Of a stretch of 64,000 nucleotides of DNA, positions 24,613 to 37,700 are shown one piece after another. The stretch is from Callorhinchus milii (taxonomy: Eukaryota): positions 20,710,001 to 20,774,000 of the forward strand of contig NW_024704743.1 of the NCBI RefSeq assembly GCF_018977255.1, in the 5' to 3' direction. Below the pieces are notes generated by a model. That model saw nothing but the letters and a program-made list of their open reading frames with translations. It ran no database searches and was not told the origin of the DNA. Both the position numbers and the translations under genes were made by a program. Every line of letters begins with the position of its first letter. Position 1 is the first letter of the stretch.

Positions 24613-25578
24613 TACTGTAAAGTGTCTTACGACCTTTCTTTCTGACCTTGCCTTTGGTCACCTTCCTCCCCCTCCCCCTGGCTCAGCCCCGGAATCCATT
24701 ACTGTGAAGTATTCTGAGATGCCGTCCGGCGTAAATCCAAGTTGTTGTTGTTATTTCTGCCATGAAAGACACAATATAAATTTGTATTGTGTTCATGTGT
24801 TGGGTCAGGCACTCATATAAGTGCTCTGAAAAACTTACCGCATCATTTGTAAATTTACTTTGCGTAAATCTGAATCTTATGGACTCAGTGTGACTGACAA
24901 AGTGAATGATACAACTCAATTTTCTTCATTTGTACTTTATTTTCTCTCTTTAGACTATCTGACAGAAAAAAATAGTGCTTGACATCATCCAGCTCATTTC
25001 ATCTTAATATTTGCAGTTGCTTCAAATATCCTTTTAAAAATATTTGCACTCATTATAGTGAAATATGACAATGGTGAGGATAGTACATTTCTCCTTTGTG
25101 CTCTGTGACAATTCCAGATCAAATGGAACACAAAATGTCCATTGTTCTCAAAACATACCTGAATTTTATCCACCTTATTGCATGTTTGTAATGTCTATTT
25201 GGTTCAGAGTAAGATCCATGAAGTAGTATTGAGCCAGAAAAAAAAATTGTTCAATCATTAACTTAGTTCATCCTTCCTAAATTTATTAAATTTGCCCACG
25301 CATCACACAGTCACTGCATTTTACGGTATATCCTGTGAAGAGTTTTGGGATGTCCTCCTGACATGAAAGGAGTGATATCAAATGCAAGGATTAGTATTGT
25401 TATCATTTTACTGAGAAGTCTTAACATCTGTCTTAAGAAATAATTCCGATGTTTTAAATGTTAACATTTTTTAAAAATATAATTTTTTATAGGCTGGGAT
25501 CAAGATACTGCAGAGATACTCGCAGTTCTCCATTTTGCTTTATGAATATGTAATCTCTTATTCCCTTTTATTCTATAG

Positions 25579-25747
25579 TGCTTTGGAAATCCTGCAAGAA
25601 ATAAACCTGTCCACAAGTCGCCAAAACAGCTTTAGCGAGGCAGCTGTGAACAAGCTGCTCGACAGTAATCCAACTCTCAAATACGCTCTGACTGGCTATT
25701 TGTCATCCAATAATATTATCACAGATGGATTCTATGATCTTGGTCAG
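25579..25747 (+). CDS. ARMC3: ARMC3 exon, ALEILQEINLSTSRQNSFSEAAVNKLL...DGFYDLGQ
   Basis: ctatag| ... |gtagag; 169 nt. Confidence 0.95.
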
Positions 25748-26439
25748 GTAGAGGACACTTTAATTTAAAATATGTCTCACTCAATAACCAACCATTGATG
25801 ATGATAATAATGACCACAGTGAGCAACTTTACAGATTTACAAAGGAATGCAACAAATGATATGGCACAGAAACAAGCCATTCGGTCCAACTAGTTTGGGA
25901 TAGGTGACCAGGACATCGGGAGAAACTTCCTTCTCTTTCCCCCCTCCATGACAGATTTTCAATCCCAGCTATATTTCAGTTCATATGTAGACTGGCTGTT
26001 CAACCTCATGGGTGTAGTTGAAAAGGTTTCTGGAATACTTCAATCACATTATTTTTAGTCTGTAGATGTGACGTGGTCTGAATGTGTTTTATAATACTAG
26101 TAGAATAACCCAGACCTAATTATTTCAGAATTTGCGAAGTTACCAAATTCCCACCTCTTCCAACCGGTATCCTAGCAATTGAGAAAATTGATGGTTTTGA
26201 TCGTCAACATAAAATGTACTCTGTGGCAAACAGAGACGGGAAATTCCGAATTGGTTTAATAAAACCATCTGTATATCTAAATGCAGTTCATTCCTTAGGC
26301 TTTCATCTTGCATATAATTAGAGCTCCGAGACACTACCCCAGCATGAAGGGCCCTATAGACATGCAAGTTATTGATAATTCTTTGGTAAAACATTACTGC
26401 TATTCGTAATTCTGATCCTTTTATCATTTATCTGTATAA

Positions 26440-27749
26440 CCAACCAGCTCCTCTGCTCACCCTATCATGCCATGCCCATCTTCTCCTCCAATGCCAACTG
26501 CGAGGAGTTTCTTCAAAACCAAAGTTGTGGGGATCCGCTCAGCTGCCTCTGCCCTTCCGACCACTACCCATTCCCCATCTCCCCCTCGCACCTCGCCCCT
26601 ACCTAGCCCTCCCTCGACACCTTCGAATCTGTCTCTCCCTTCACTCTCATCACACCATAACCCACATGAAAGCGACCACCTGCTCCCTCGACCCTATACC
26701 TACCCCTCTCCTTACCTCCCAATTCCACCTCCTTGCCTTCCTACTCACAAACATCATAATCCTCTCCCTTGTCCACTGGTACCATTCCCACCCCTCCAAA
26801 AACGACCTATCCTTAAAAAACCCTCCCTGGTCCCATCCCTGCTCTCAAACTACTGCCCCATCTCCAACCTCCCTTTCTTTTCCAAGGTCCTGGAACGAGT
26901 CATTGCTTCCCAGCTTCGCTCCTACCTCTCGCTCCATTCTCGTCATGAACCCCTCCAATCGGGTTTCCATGCCGCTCACAGCATAGAAATAGCTTTAATC
27001 AAAGTGACAAATTACATTTTGTCCACCTGCGACCAGGGCTCCCTCTACCTCCTCGTCCTCCTTGACCTCTGCTGCCTTCAATACTGTTGACCACTCTATC
27101 CTCCTCCACCACCTCTCCTCTCACCTCAAACTTCATGGTTCTGTCCTTGAATGGTTCAGATCCTACCTCTCACACCTTCTCCACTTCATCTCCACAAGTG
27201 GCTTCTCCTTCAGCCCCCATACTGTCTCATGAGGAGTTTTTCAGGGCTCTGTCCTTGGTCCCCTCCTTTACAATATCTTTATGCTCACTCTTGTTGACAT
27301 CATCCGGAGAAATGGGGTTAATTTCCACATATATGCAGATGACACCCAACTCTATCTCTATGCTTCCACCTTCAAATCCCTCAACCACTGCTGTCCTGAC
27401 AGAACGTCTGTCAGACATCAAGTCCTGGATGAGATTTGAATGCCAACAAGACTGAGGCCCTCCTGATTGGCTCCTGTCAGTGCGTCCGCACCTCAGCCAC
27501 TGACAGCATCACCATCCACGGATGCACATTCCACCTTACTAAGCCAGTCCGGAACCTGGGCATCTTGTTTGACCCGCAACTATCCTTTCCTACCCCACAT
27601 CTGTGTCATGTCCTGCTCTGCCTTCCCCCATCTTTGCAACATCGCCTGGCTCTGACACTGTCTCACGCCACTCACACTGATTGTCCAGCACCATGGGACA
27701 TTCTCCTGACATGAAAGGCGCTATACAAATATAATTTTGTTGTTGTTGT
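26440..27749 (+). mobile_element. L2 LINE ORF2 RT fragment, frameshifted and internally deleted
   Basis: PILKKPSL...NYCPISNLPFFSKVLER...[12 protein letters not shown] near 27332; (TTG)n tail. Confidence 0.92.
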
Positions 27750-27857
27750 ATGAAAAGTAATAATGTGGAAAAATTTACAATTCTCCAAAAAATGCAGTTA
27801 CATTTTCTACAATGGATCTGCTATTTGAGGTGACATTGGGATCTCTGTTGTCTCTAG

Positions 27858-27958
27858 GTAAAGGCAAACATAAAGATTTTGAATCTTGATGAATTGAGCA
27901 AGCAGGAATTGAACCAGCAGAGGCCAATACTGCTAATTAATGCCAAAAAAGTAGAGTT
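27858..27958 (+). CDS. ARMC3: ARMC3 exon, VKANIKILNLDELSKQELNQQRPILLINAKKVE
   Basis: ctctag| ... |gtaagt; 101 nt; LLIN motif. Confidence 0.88.
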
Positions 27959-29041
27959 GTAAGTTAACAATTTTTTATTCACATGTATTTAGTTATTTAC
28001 CACTCAGTACCTTCCTAAAGGGTTTATAGCTGGATGGTGCCCTTTGTCTTATGTAGTTTACTCATTAGTCACATGCATTAATATGTCATGTTTCCAGTGT
28101 TGTTAAGATCCTGATCTCAAGAAGTAAATCTGGCGATAACATGTCGGGCTCTTACCAAAGCACTATTGTTTCCTTTCCATTTAGCATGAACTAACCAAAA
28201 TGACGTTACACGAAAATTCTATTTAAATATTCTATAATCTGGAAAAAATAGTCACAACTGTAATCTTACCGGTAGTACCTGTATTCTCAGCCTACACAAA
28301 ATACATTACCTCACTTTACAATATATACTGTGAAGCAATCTGGGACATCCTTTTAACTTTTGTAAATATTATTATTATTACATTTTTACCTGTAATCTTT
28401 CTTTGTCACCCAGTTATCCTTGCTTTAGAATTGCTGATAAGAGGCAACATTCTGTGTTGGAAACATTTGTGTAAAACTTTGTCCTCATTAATGTTGTTCA
28501 GCTCTGCTTCAGCGAACTTGTTAAAGGAGGTTCGGTCTTTGAACTAGGCACCATTCAATTTGCCATTGGAATATAATTTCAACCTTGAAGTTTCTAAATT
28601 AGTCTCTGTTATACACCTAAATGACAATTTCTGGAACAGTTACACAACATACCCCAAACTTACAGCAATAGAACAGGGAGGTAGGGGAATAGACCTGAAA
28701 TTGGCGGTATCCACGGAATTCAAAATGAATAAGAAAAGAAATGCAGTATTTAAATTATGACATTTGAAAGATGATTGGAGTGCTTTATATTGCCCCACTG
28801 CATAACCTCATTTTAATTTTTGCCCAAATAAAAGAAATCTCAAACTATCAAAGTGTTGCTTTTTCCCCATTTTATGCTTATACTGTTACAAATTCTTCAA
28901 TTCTGAGATTGAAAATCATTTTTAATAATAATCCTTAATTTTGGTATCATGCATTTCATCTCAGGAGGACTTCTCCTTTATTTCAAGTAAATTAAAAAGA
29001 CTGCCTTAAAAATTAAGCTGATTTATTGTCTTATTTTGCAG

Positions 29042-29128
29042 CCTTCAGCATACGTTGCCCACTGATGAAAAGCAGCTGGAGATTTCCCCGTTACGGGCAG
29101 CTTCTAGTAAAAGCAGTGCCAAAACTGG
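29042..29128 (+). CDS. ARMC3: ARMC3 linker exon, LQHTLPTDEKQLEISPLRAASSKSSAKTG
   Basis: ttgcag| ... |gtcagt; 87 nt, phase 2-2; low-conservation Ser/Lys-rich linker. Confidence 0.75.
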
Positions 29129-30174
29129 GTCAGTGTGGGTTCTTTTTATCTTTACTTTTTCCATAACGTGGGTGGAGATTAACAGTTTCCATATCAGGGG
29201 CATAGCCATGGGTGGGTCAAGGCACCAATTAGCACCCAGGCCAACCGTCACTCTCCGTGCTGTCACATATCTCTCGTTCCCATCTTTTCTCTCTTCCCAT
29301 AGCACATCAGCTTGCTGGTCTTCGTGAGCAGCTGGTGTGGCTAGGAATGGAAACCTTTGGTCATTTCCTGTCCACCACACGTTGATGCCCACCCAAATTT
29401 CCATTCCTAGTTTTTTCATACAAACTGTTTTGAAACCAAACTGTATTCAATAACTTACTGGAGAGTTCAGTCAGTTGAGCATTGAATTTGTGACAAAAAT
29501 GTTGGGTTTGAATCCTAGATGGAGTAAACCTATTTAAATTTGTGTCTGATTTGACAATGATTGATGGATACCAAATGTAAAAAGTTCATTCTTCTGTATA
29601 TTCTTCGAATCATCAGAATAGAATACATAACATCACACAACATTTTCTTACCAGGGATTGAGGTTGTGGGTGATGGTTCGCTTTGGAAGGTAACAGAATT
29701 TGATAACTTTGCTGATTGGATCTGGAATGAATGAATGCTGTGATATTTGAGAATAACAAGGAACATTGCATGGCAACAAAGTATTTTCCAGCAGCTTGTG
29801 AAAAATAATATATACACATTGTTTACACATTATCTATAATTTGTAGTTTTTTTATTACAATGAAATAGCTATTTTTAAATCACACAGTTCAAACTTGTAA
29901 TTGAGATATCGATATGGAAAATTAGGCCATTTTTCATATCCTTATTTTTGCAAAATCATTGATACTGAGTTAAAACAGTGAAGATTTACTGTATTTTTAA
30001 TGAATACATTAGAAACACTTGTCCACGGGTTAATAAGTATTGTTGTGGTGAATCTTGTAGTTTTAGCTGAATGCAATAGTTCTGCAGTTATTAAGCACTC
30101 CGGGACGATACCCCACGTGAAGGGTGCTATATAAATGCAAGTTGTTGTTATTAAAGTCTCTACTTTATATGCAG

Positions 30175-30372
30175 TAAAGGAAGAAGTCGAGGAAGACGAG
30201 AAGAGGAAAAAATGAAAGAGGAAGAACAAGCGGAAATGAAACCTGATGTGGAAGACAAAGACAAACCATGGGAACCACCTTATGATCCAATGTTTGATGC
30301 TTATGTCAGTGAGGTTGCAAAAAGCATTCTGCCAATGCATAACAGCCGAGAACAAGTTATATCCCTTGCAAT
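30175..30372 (+). CDS. ARMC3: ARMC3 exon, KGRSRGRREEEKMKEEE...WEPPYDPMFDAYVSEVAKSILPM...
   Basis: atgcag| ... |gtaggt; 198 nt. Confidence 0.92.
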
Positions 30373-30869
30373 GTAGGTATTCTTTTGCTCTCCGAATTTC
30401 TTTCAGAATTTTAAAATATTTCACAAGCCAGAAAAGTGTATTTTAAAGGTATAGATTCTGAAAATTACAGTAATTCTGTACTTCTAAGATGCAGTCATCA
30501 CATGTAAATACCCAACGATGTGATAAAACCCTATATCAAATGCAAAGATTATTATTATTATCTGCCAACAAATGATTGACTTTTTTTAATCAGAAAAATA
30601 CATCTGGTTGCTAAACAGTTGCCCATTTGTAGACCAATGGCATTCTTTCTCTCATCCACATAGTTATTGGTCCTTGAGGAATCATACAGAATTTATATTT
30701 CTCTCACACTATCCTAAATACACACCGATCTTCAGTTTGATTTTTCTTCTGAAGTAATTATTTTTCTTCTTGTCAAGTGAAGAAGTGAGAAACGTTCTAA
30801 AAAAAAATTCTCTGATCTTGAATTGGTCAATTTCAATTTGTGAAGCTTTAACATTGTCAGCGGGCTCAA

Positions 30870-32045
30870 CACCCCCATTCTCTTTCAGCTTCACTGACTT
30901 CCCATCCCCCAGCGGATTAAATTTAAGATTCTCGTTCTTATTTTCAAATGCCTCCACAGCCTTACATTACCCTACCCCTGTGATCTCTTGCAATTCTAAT
31001 GCTGCAGCTGCTCTCTCCTCTCAGCAACCACCAACCTGCTTCTTGTGCCTCACCCAATAAGCCCCACCACTGGTGGATAAGCCTTCAGCCATTCTGTCCC
31101 ATGCTCTCTGGAAAATCCATCCTACAGACCCTCTACTTTACCCACTCCCTCCCTGCCTTTAAAGACCTATCTTTTGGAATGCCCCTCCTTAACTTCCCCC
31201 TAGCTGGGGCTCCCAATCAGCTGTTCAAAACGTTTTGAGTTATCCTCCCGATGTGAAAGGTGCTATATAAATGCAAATTCTTGTAAATTCCTTGTCTCGG
31301 GAAATATCCTTGGAAATGTTTGATGACATATATGCATATATGAATATATATAATACACTTTGTTATATATAATAAATAATCTTTGCAATTGATATAGCAC
31401 CTTATTATGTTGATTTTTTTACATATAGTTCTAGGAAATTAATTACAAATTAGACTAAAAGTAACATTCTCCACCCAGTGGCAGTTTTTGAGTATTGCAA
31501 GAAAGACACTAGCATACTGTACCTTAAATCTGGATCAAAAACATTTCTATAGAACGTTTTAAGACCATTAGAAATGAAGAAAAATCATTTGACCAAAAGC
31601 CTTTCCCTTCCGCAGATTATTATAACCCACTCTGCTTCACCATCACACAGAGGATACAATTCAAGATCCAGGTTCTCACCTTCAAAGCCCTCTGTGGTCT
31701 TGCTCCCCGCTCGCTCTGCAACCTCCCAAACCCCTACCAATCTGCCTGCTCCCTCTGCTCAGCCAGCTCTGGCCTGCTTCACGTCCCCCGCCTCGCCCAC
31801 CCTACCATTGGCGGGCGGGCTTTCTACCACTCTGCCCCCACCCTCTGGAACTCCATCTCACAGTCCCTCCGCCCGTCTCAAGAGCCTCCCCTTCGATCGT
31901 GCCTTTGGTCACTCTCCTTCCCCCCATGCCCTCCACCCTTCCTGGTCCCGATCCCTAGCTTAGGTGCAAAGCACTGACTGTCCAGTGCTTTGGGACATTC
32001 TCCTGACTTGAAAGGTGCTATACAAATGTAACTTTGTTGTTGCTT
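30870..32045 (+). mobile_element. Two degenerate L2 3' ends (~30870-31285 and ~31620-32045)
   Basis: IQFKI..LTFKAL motifs and gggacattctcctgacttgaaaggtgctatacaaatg tails. Confidence 0.75.
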
Positions 32046-33059
32046 TGTTTCCTGAGGTTATCATATAAAGGAAAACATCTTATTGGGCTTTGTATAGATT
32101 TTACAATATTGTAATGGCATGTATGGCTAACAATTTTTCTTTACCTTTCCCAAAGGGGTCAGTCCACACAGGGGATTAGCCTCATTGTAAATTGGTACTG
32201 GTGACTGCTCCCTGGCATTCCACCCAAATGGCAACTTACCACTTCCACACACCCATGATCAGAATTAAGTAGTAGGGGCATAATTTATACACACTTCATT
32301 ACAACAGCAACAAACAACAAAATTGCATTGGTATATAGATATATATATATATTGTTTCACTCAGGAATCCTTACACGAGAGTCTTTTAACCAATCAGCCT
32401 ATATCAATATATATATCTAGCACCTTTCATGTCGGAAGGACGTCCCAAGGCGCTGAAATTATTTATTATATAATTATTATAAAATGATGAATTATTTATT
32501 ATAATTATTTATTATTCTCAGCAATATGAGAGGTATTCAAGAGATCACTTTAACACCGGCTGAAGTATAAACCAGATAAGTGGTGTAGCAAAGTTTTATT
32601 TTCCCCACCAAATTATGCATAGGTCTCTTCAGTATGCCACACATGTTTTGATTGGCAAATTTGTTTCACTCAGGAATCTTTACACCAGAGTCTTTTAACT
32701 TATCAGTCTGGAATAGATTGAACACAAGACCTAGATGTAAAAGGAATGTTGAGCCATTCAACCCTGCATTTCCTTATTTTAACATTGGTATCTGTACAAC
32801 TGGTCTAAACAATTATGAGCTACATTTTCTCTCTCTCTCATTGGCCCTAAAGTATCAAAAAATCTTGTGATCGATTTGGATTGAAGAATGCCCTTCGGCT
32901 CATTTGATCTCATCTCTCCAGAATACTAACCCTACTGGCCTCCCATCAGAGCATCAAACTGTTGTTTTAAATGAGTCCAATGTCCTGGCCTCAACTACCA
33001 TTCCTGAGAACCTCTTCCAGTTGTTAATTACCATCTGAATAAAGAAAAACTTCCTGGGA

Positions 33060-33475
33060 TCAGTATGAGGCAGCAAAAAACAAGGCAAACTGGATGCTGG
33101 GTTATAGTGCTAAATCAGTTGTGTTTAGACCCCTGTGTCATATGACGTATAGTTGTTTTGTGCTCTGGTCAGACCACTAGAGTCTTATATACATTTCTGG
33201 TCACTGCAACCCAAGCTTCTGAGACGGTGCAAAGGATGATATCCCCAGCATTAAGGAATGAGCAATGAGCTCACACATTGGGCTCTTCAGTCTTAATAGA
33301 CGATGTCTCAGAGGGGACCTCATAGAGGTCTATAACATTTTAAAGTCGGATTGATAAAGCAAACCCAGATCATTGCATGTGGGTGCATCAAGACAATAGA
33401 ACAAGAAGATAAACGTTTAGAGTTGTAAAAGGCAATTTCAGGACAGATACCAGGAAGGTTTTCTTTACTCAGTGT
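33060..33475 (+). mobile_element. Degenerate CR1 ORF2 C-terminal fragment
   Basis: ANWMLGY..., LVRPL..., LFSL..RR.LRGDLIEVY-like remnants. Confidence 0.65.
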
Positions 33476-33915
33476 GTCAGCCTGGCTCAATTAATAGTTT
33501 TCTTGCCTCTGGGTAGAGGTTGTCGGTTTAAGCCCTACGTACTTAGAACCCATCTATTCTATGCTGTTACTCCAGTGCAATGCTGGGGATTTACTGCATT
33601 GCTAGTGGTTCCCTCCTTTGAATGATTCATTAAACTGAGGTCCTAACTGTCTGTCTAGGTGGATGTTAAAGAGAATTCCAAAAGAGATTCCAAAAGAGAA
33701 AGGAGTTTCTCCTAGCGTCCTGACCAACAAACCCCAAATAAAATTGATCATTCACTCCATGGCTGTTCGTGGGACATTGCCATGAGCAAATTGGCTACTG
33801 GCTTTACCCCAAAAATAGATATAGTCACATCACTTTACTATACTTCTTGTGAAGCCTTTGAGATGTCTTGATGACGCAATAAGGTGCTATATCAAATATA
33901 AGGATTATTATATTA
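33475..33915 (+). mobile_element. Degenerate near-full DeuSINE-like element
   Basis: tRNA-like head, taaactgaggtcc...ggatgttaaag...gtcctgaccaac, tail ending gattattat. Confidence 0.7.
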
Positions 33916-34152
33916 TTAATTAATGACTAGTATAAAATTGCCAAATTGAGCTGAGGATGATGGACTCTTTTAAAAAGCAGTTTGAAGCTGTGATTGGGTT
34001 TGTGGAAGGATGAGGTCAAATTGGCCAAGGGCCTTCTTCATCTAAACCAATCTTGTGATCTTGATTTAACTTAAAGTTTGGTTCTCTTTCTCTCACAGTC
34101 TGCATGATTTTGTAATTCTATAATGTTTATTCTGTTTAATATTAAATCCTAG

Positions 34153-34315
34153 GTTTGTTGCAGAAAAGATGGGTGGATCTATAGACAAGGACAACCTCTA
34201 TGACTTTCCCTGGGAACTTCACATTGGTGAACTTAAATTTGAATTAAAATCTAACGTCATTCCTATTGGAAATATTCAGAAAGGAATCTTCTACCACAGA
34301 GCTCTTCTATTCAAG
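34153..34315 (+). CDS. ARMC3: ARMC3 exon, FVAEKMGG...WELHIGELKFELKSNVIPIGNIQKGIFYHRALLFK
   Basis: tcctag| ... |gttgtt; 163 nt; EDR1/CTR1/ARMC3-type domain motif HRALLFK. Confidence 0.96.
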
Positions 34316-34498
34316 GTTGTTTTTTAAAGCAACCAATTACATTAAATTGTTCATTTATATACATTTAATTGAACATTAGTAATTTATGTGCATTTAACGA
34401 ACATTGGTAATTTGTGATATAACCTTTTTTTACTATTAGTAATTTATATACATTTAATGAACATTAGTGATTTGTGATATAACCTTTTTTTTCTTTAG

Positions 34499-34777
34499 GC
34501 TTTAGGAGATAGAATTGGGATCAGTAGCAGTTTGGTTCGTGGAGCGTACAATAGAGCTTGGAACCATGTCCTATTAATTGATGATCCTCCGCAAGATGTA
34601 CATGGGCCCCTCACTCCACCAAAGGAATATGTAGTGGACCTCATGCACAAAGTAGGGAATCTAATGAAGTCTGACAGTGCAGAAGCAGTACACTATCAAC
34701 TCTTTTGTGGTTGTAAACAGTTCTGTGGCAAGAATCAAGTTGATCAGAAGCAAGTGTCAATGTCTGTGTCATTTTGA
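34499..34777 (+). CDS. ARMC3: ARMC3 last coding exon, ALGDRIGISSSLVRGAYNRAWN...YVVDLMH...stop
   Basis: ctttag|; TGA at 34775-34777; AATAAA overlapping the stop and again near 35117. The summed exons (2270 nt) keep frame. Confidence 0.93.
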   Translation, partial: ALGDRIGISSSLVRGAYNRAWNHVLLIDDPPQDVHGPLTPPKEYVVDLMHKVGNLMKSDSAEAVHYQLFCGCKQFCGKNQVDQKQVSMSVSF

Positions 34778-37700
34778 ATAAAATAAATAGCAAAATGTCC
34801 AGTTTCCAGAACTTCAAAAACATAACTACATCTTAAGATTGTTACCAAAAAACTGCAGGTATCAACTTATAATGTAAGCCACTGTTAAAGTTTATCTAAT
34901 TTATGTATTTTATCACCTAAAACATTATTTTTACTGTCATTGGGTTAATTGATTTGTTTCTGAAATGGGATGTTTTAGCTCATTGACTATTGCAAAATTA
35001 TGTTGCTTAGTTTTATTTAGACAAAGATTTAGCAGATATCTTGTTAACATTCTCAGCAGATTGTATATGTGTATTGTAAGAATTTAATTTCCTTTACATT
35101 ACATTTTAGTTGAAATAATAAAACAACATTGTGAACATACAGAATCATAACTGATTGAAAAACTTTTATTAAACTCCTGTTGCTGAGTTTTTTTTAAAAA
35201 CTACAATTGTTTCATCTGATATTATATACTGTTTTGGGCTTAATTGTACCTCAATTCCAAATTTCTTCATTTAGTTTCAAATATGGGAAAATTCTAGACT
35301 TGTTAAATTCTCACTTGATTTCTGCTGAGGAGGAAAATTATATTTAAAGAAAAAATGTGGTCAAATTTCTAACTATTATATTATATACTACCTTTCATAT
35401 TGGGAGCACATCTCAAAGCGCTTCACAGAAACATCTGGGTACCCAAGCTAAGATGGAAGAGCTGAGGAAAGAGTTGGGAGAATTCACCAAAAACACAGTC
35501 AAAAAGTAAGGTCTTAGGGCAGGCTACTCCAAAACATATAGGGTGACAGTACTTTAGAGAAAGCAATACAGGCAGGATTTGAATTTATCTCCAAAAATTT
35601 ACCAACTTACCTTACAGAGAAATATATCAGCAATCTAGCCATATCTTGATATGTCTAATATGTCACTCAACACATTCCTATGCACAGAAGTCTCGCTCAA
35701 TCAGTAGCATTCAGGTGGTGTCAGAGATGCCTCTTGAGGATCAGAAGCACCAGGTGCAATGGCAATGAGGCATCTATCTCCAATGTCATGGAAATTGGTG
35801 TTGATTTGACTCAAGGCAAACTTCGACTTATGCCCCAACACTGGGACTAAACTGCATAACTCAAGCAAAGTTGGCAGCAAATGTATACTGCTTGCAGGTG
35901 TACCAAATAAAAACAATCTAAATTTCCAACTTTGTCTGGCTCTGCTGAAGAAGCACAAGGTAGGACCCCTGATATTAGACCAAGGGGTATTGGCTGGTTT
36001 GGGATTAGGAAGGAAAACACATGCCATTGATAGTAGGAATACTCTGTAAATTAGCACTTTTATTTCACACATCATCATAATAATAATACCGTGTGCCTTT
36101 GGGATAGTAGTTTATCAGTTTATCTAAACGTCCTAAAGTTTCACAGAATTCTATTGTGAAGTATATAATCTATATTTTGCTCACAAAACACACAGTCACT
36201 ACACTTTAGAGTTAGCTCTTGTGTTCCCCTACAAAATACATAATTACTACACTTTACAGTTAATCCTGTGAAGTGCTTTGAGGCATCCCCCTGACATGAA
36301 AACTGCTAGTCTGTGAAAAGCTAAATGAAATGCAATCATAATTGTCTGATTTGTTACTGAGCATTTTCTGGCTTGTGATGGTCACCCACCTCACCACCAT
36401 TGCGGTTCTATAAGAGCAATTACATGGTAGTGTCTCTGCTGTTTTGCAACATACAGACAATGAAGACAAAATAAAGGAATCTTTCATGGCTGATCACATT
36501 GCTGCTATAAGAATTTTGATCCTATCCCTCTGACCTGCATGTATCCCACTCCAGTTGCTTTATTCAGCAGACACAAGCATGTTGCATGTACCCTGATCCA
36601 TCTGTATCATATCGATGGCTGTGCCTTCAATCACTACACTCCCTGCCTTAATTTCTCCTCCTCACCCTCGTTATCTATCTTTTAATCCCTCTTTAAGACT
36701 TACCTCTTCAACTGCAACTAAAGTCAATACTCCCCCTTCCCCCTCGGTCTCCAACCTCACTATTGTACAGCGCTCAAAGACATGAAGTGCACCATATAAA
36801 TGCAAGTTGTTGTTGGAGAAAACATACAGCAACCATGATACAGGTATCTTGAAGAGGCCTCCATTAATGTCATACGTAGATTAACACGGGGACAGCCAAT
36901 TGAAACTTATCTCAGCAACTGGTGAGTGCCATCATATAGCACCTGCTGCCTGGGGTAGTTCTTACTGTGACTATGAACTTTTGAAACTCTTTAATGAGTA
37001 CTTTGAGTGCAATAGTTGAAAATAAGTACCTGCATTCAGTGGCATTTTTGATCTTTGCTGCTTGTGCATAATGAAAGTTATTTGCATCAGTCAAGCTTCT
37101 CACATCCAGAATTTAAGATTATTACCGCTTATGACTTCTGCCTGATTCTCTTTCTTGCCAGTGTTGTGCTGGAGATTACTGTAGAGACTGATGCATGGAT
37201 TTGTTTTCTGAAAATTTGTCAAGAGGTCACTCACACTGCTTCACCATCTGCAGCTTGAGCAATCGGACCATTAAGATCCAACAGAAACGGCTGTTAGCAC
37301 GTCACATTTGTTAGACATAACTTTTCCTTTCTAAATGCACAATGGCTGTTTCTTATTAATTTATTAAAGTTTTCCTCCAGTATACGGTAATCTGAGGCAG
37401 CCAGGGTGGATTTAGAGAAAGCGAAGATCTTGCCTGGCAAATCTCCTTAATTTTTTTCAGGATGTCACAGATCAAGTAATTAATTGCAGTCCCTCTGATA
37501 CCATTTATTTAGACATTCAGACAACTTTTGACATAGTTCTACATGAAAGAATTTTAATTAAACTATAAAGCCACAGGAATCTGTGGGATATAATTAGTTT
37601 TAAAAAAAAGTAGATCAAAAAATAAAGTACTTGAAAAGGAGGTAATATCACATTATAGGGAAGGTTTCAGCAGGTCAAAGTTCAGAGCTTGAACCTTTAT

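Noticed and set aside
29942..30424. 160-aa minus-strand ORF
   Set aside because: Antisense shadow of the purine-rich ARMC3 exon plus a SINE tail.
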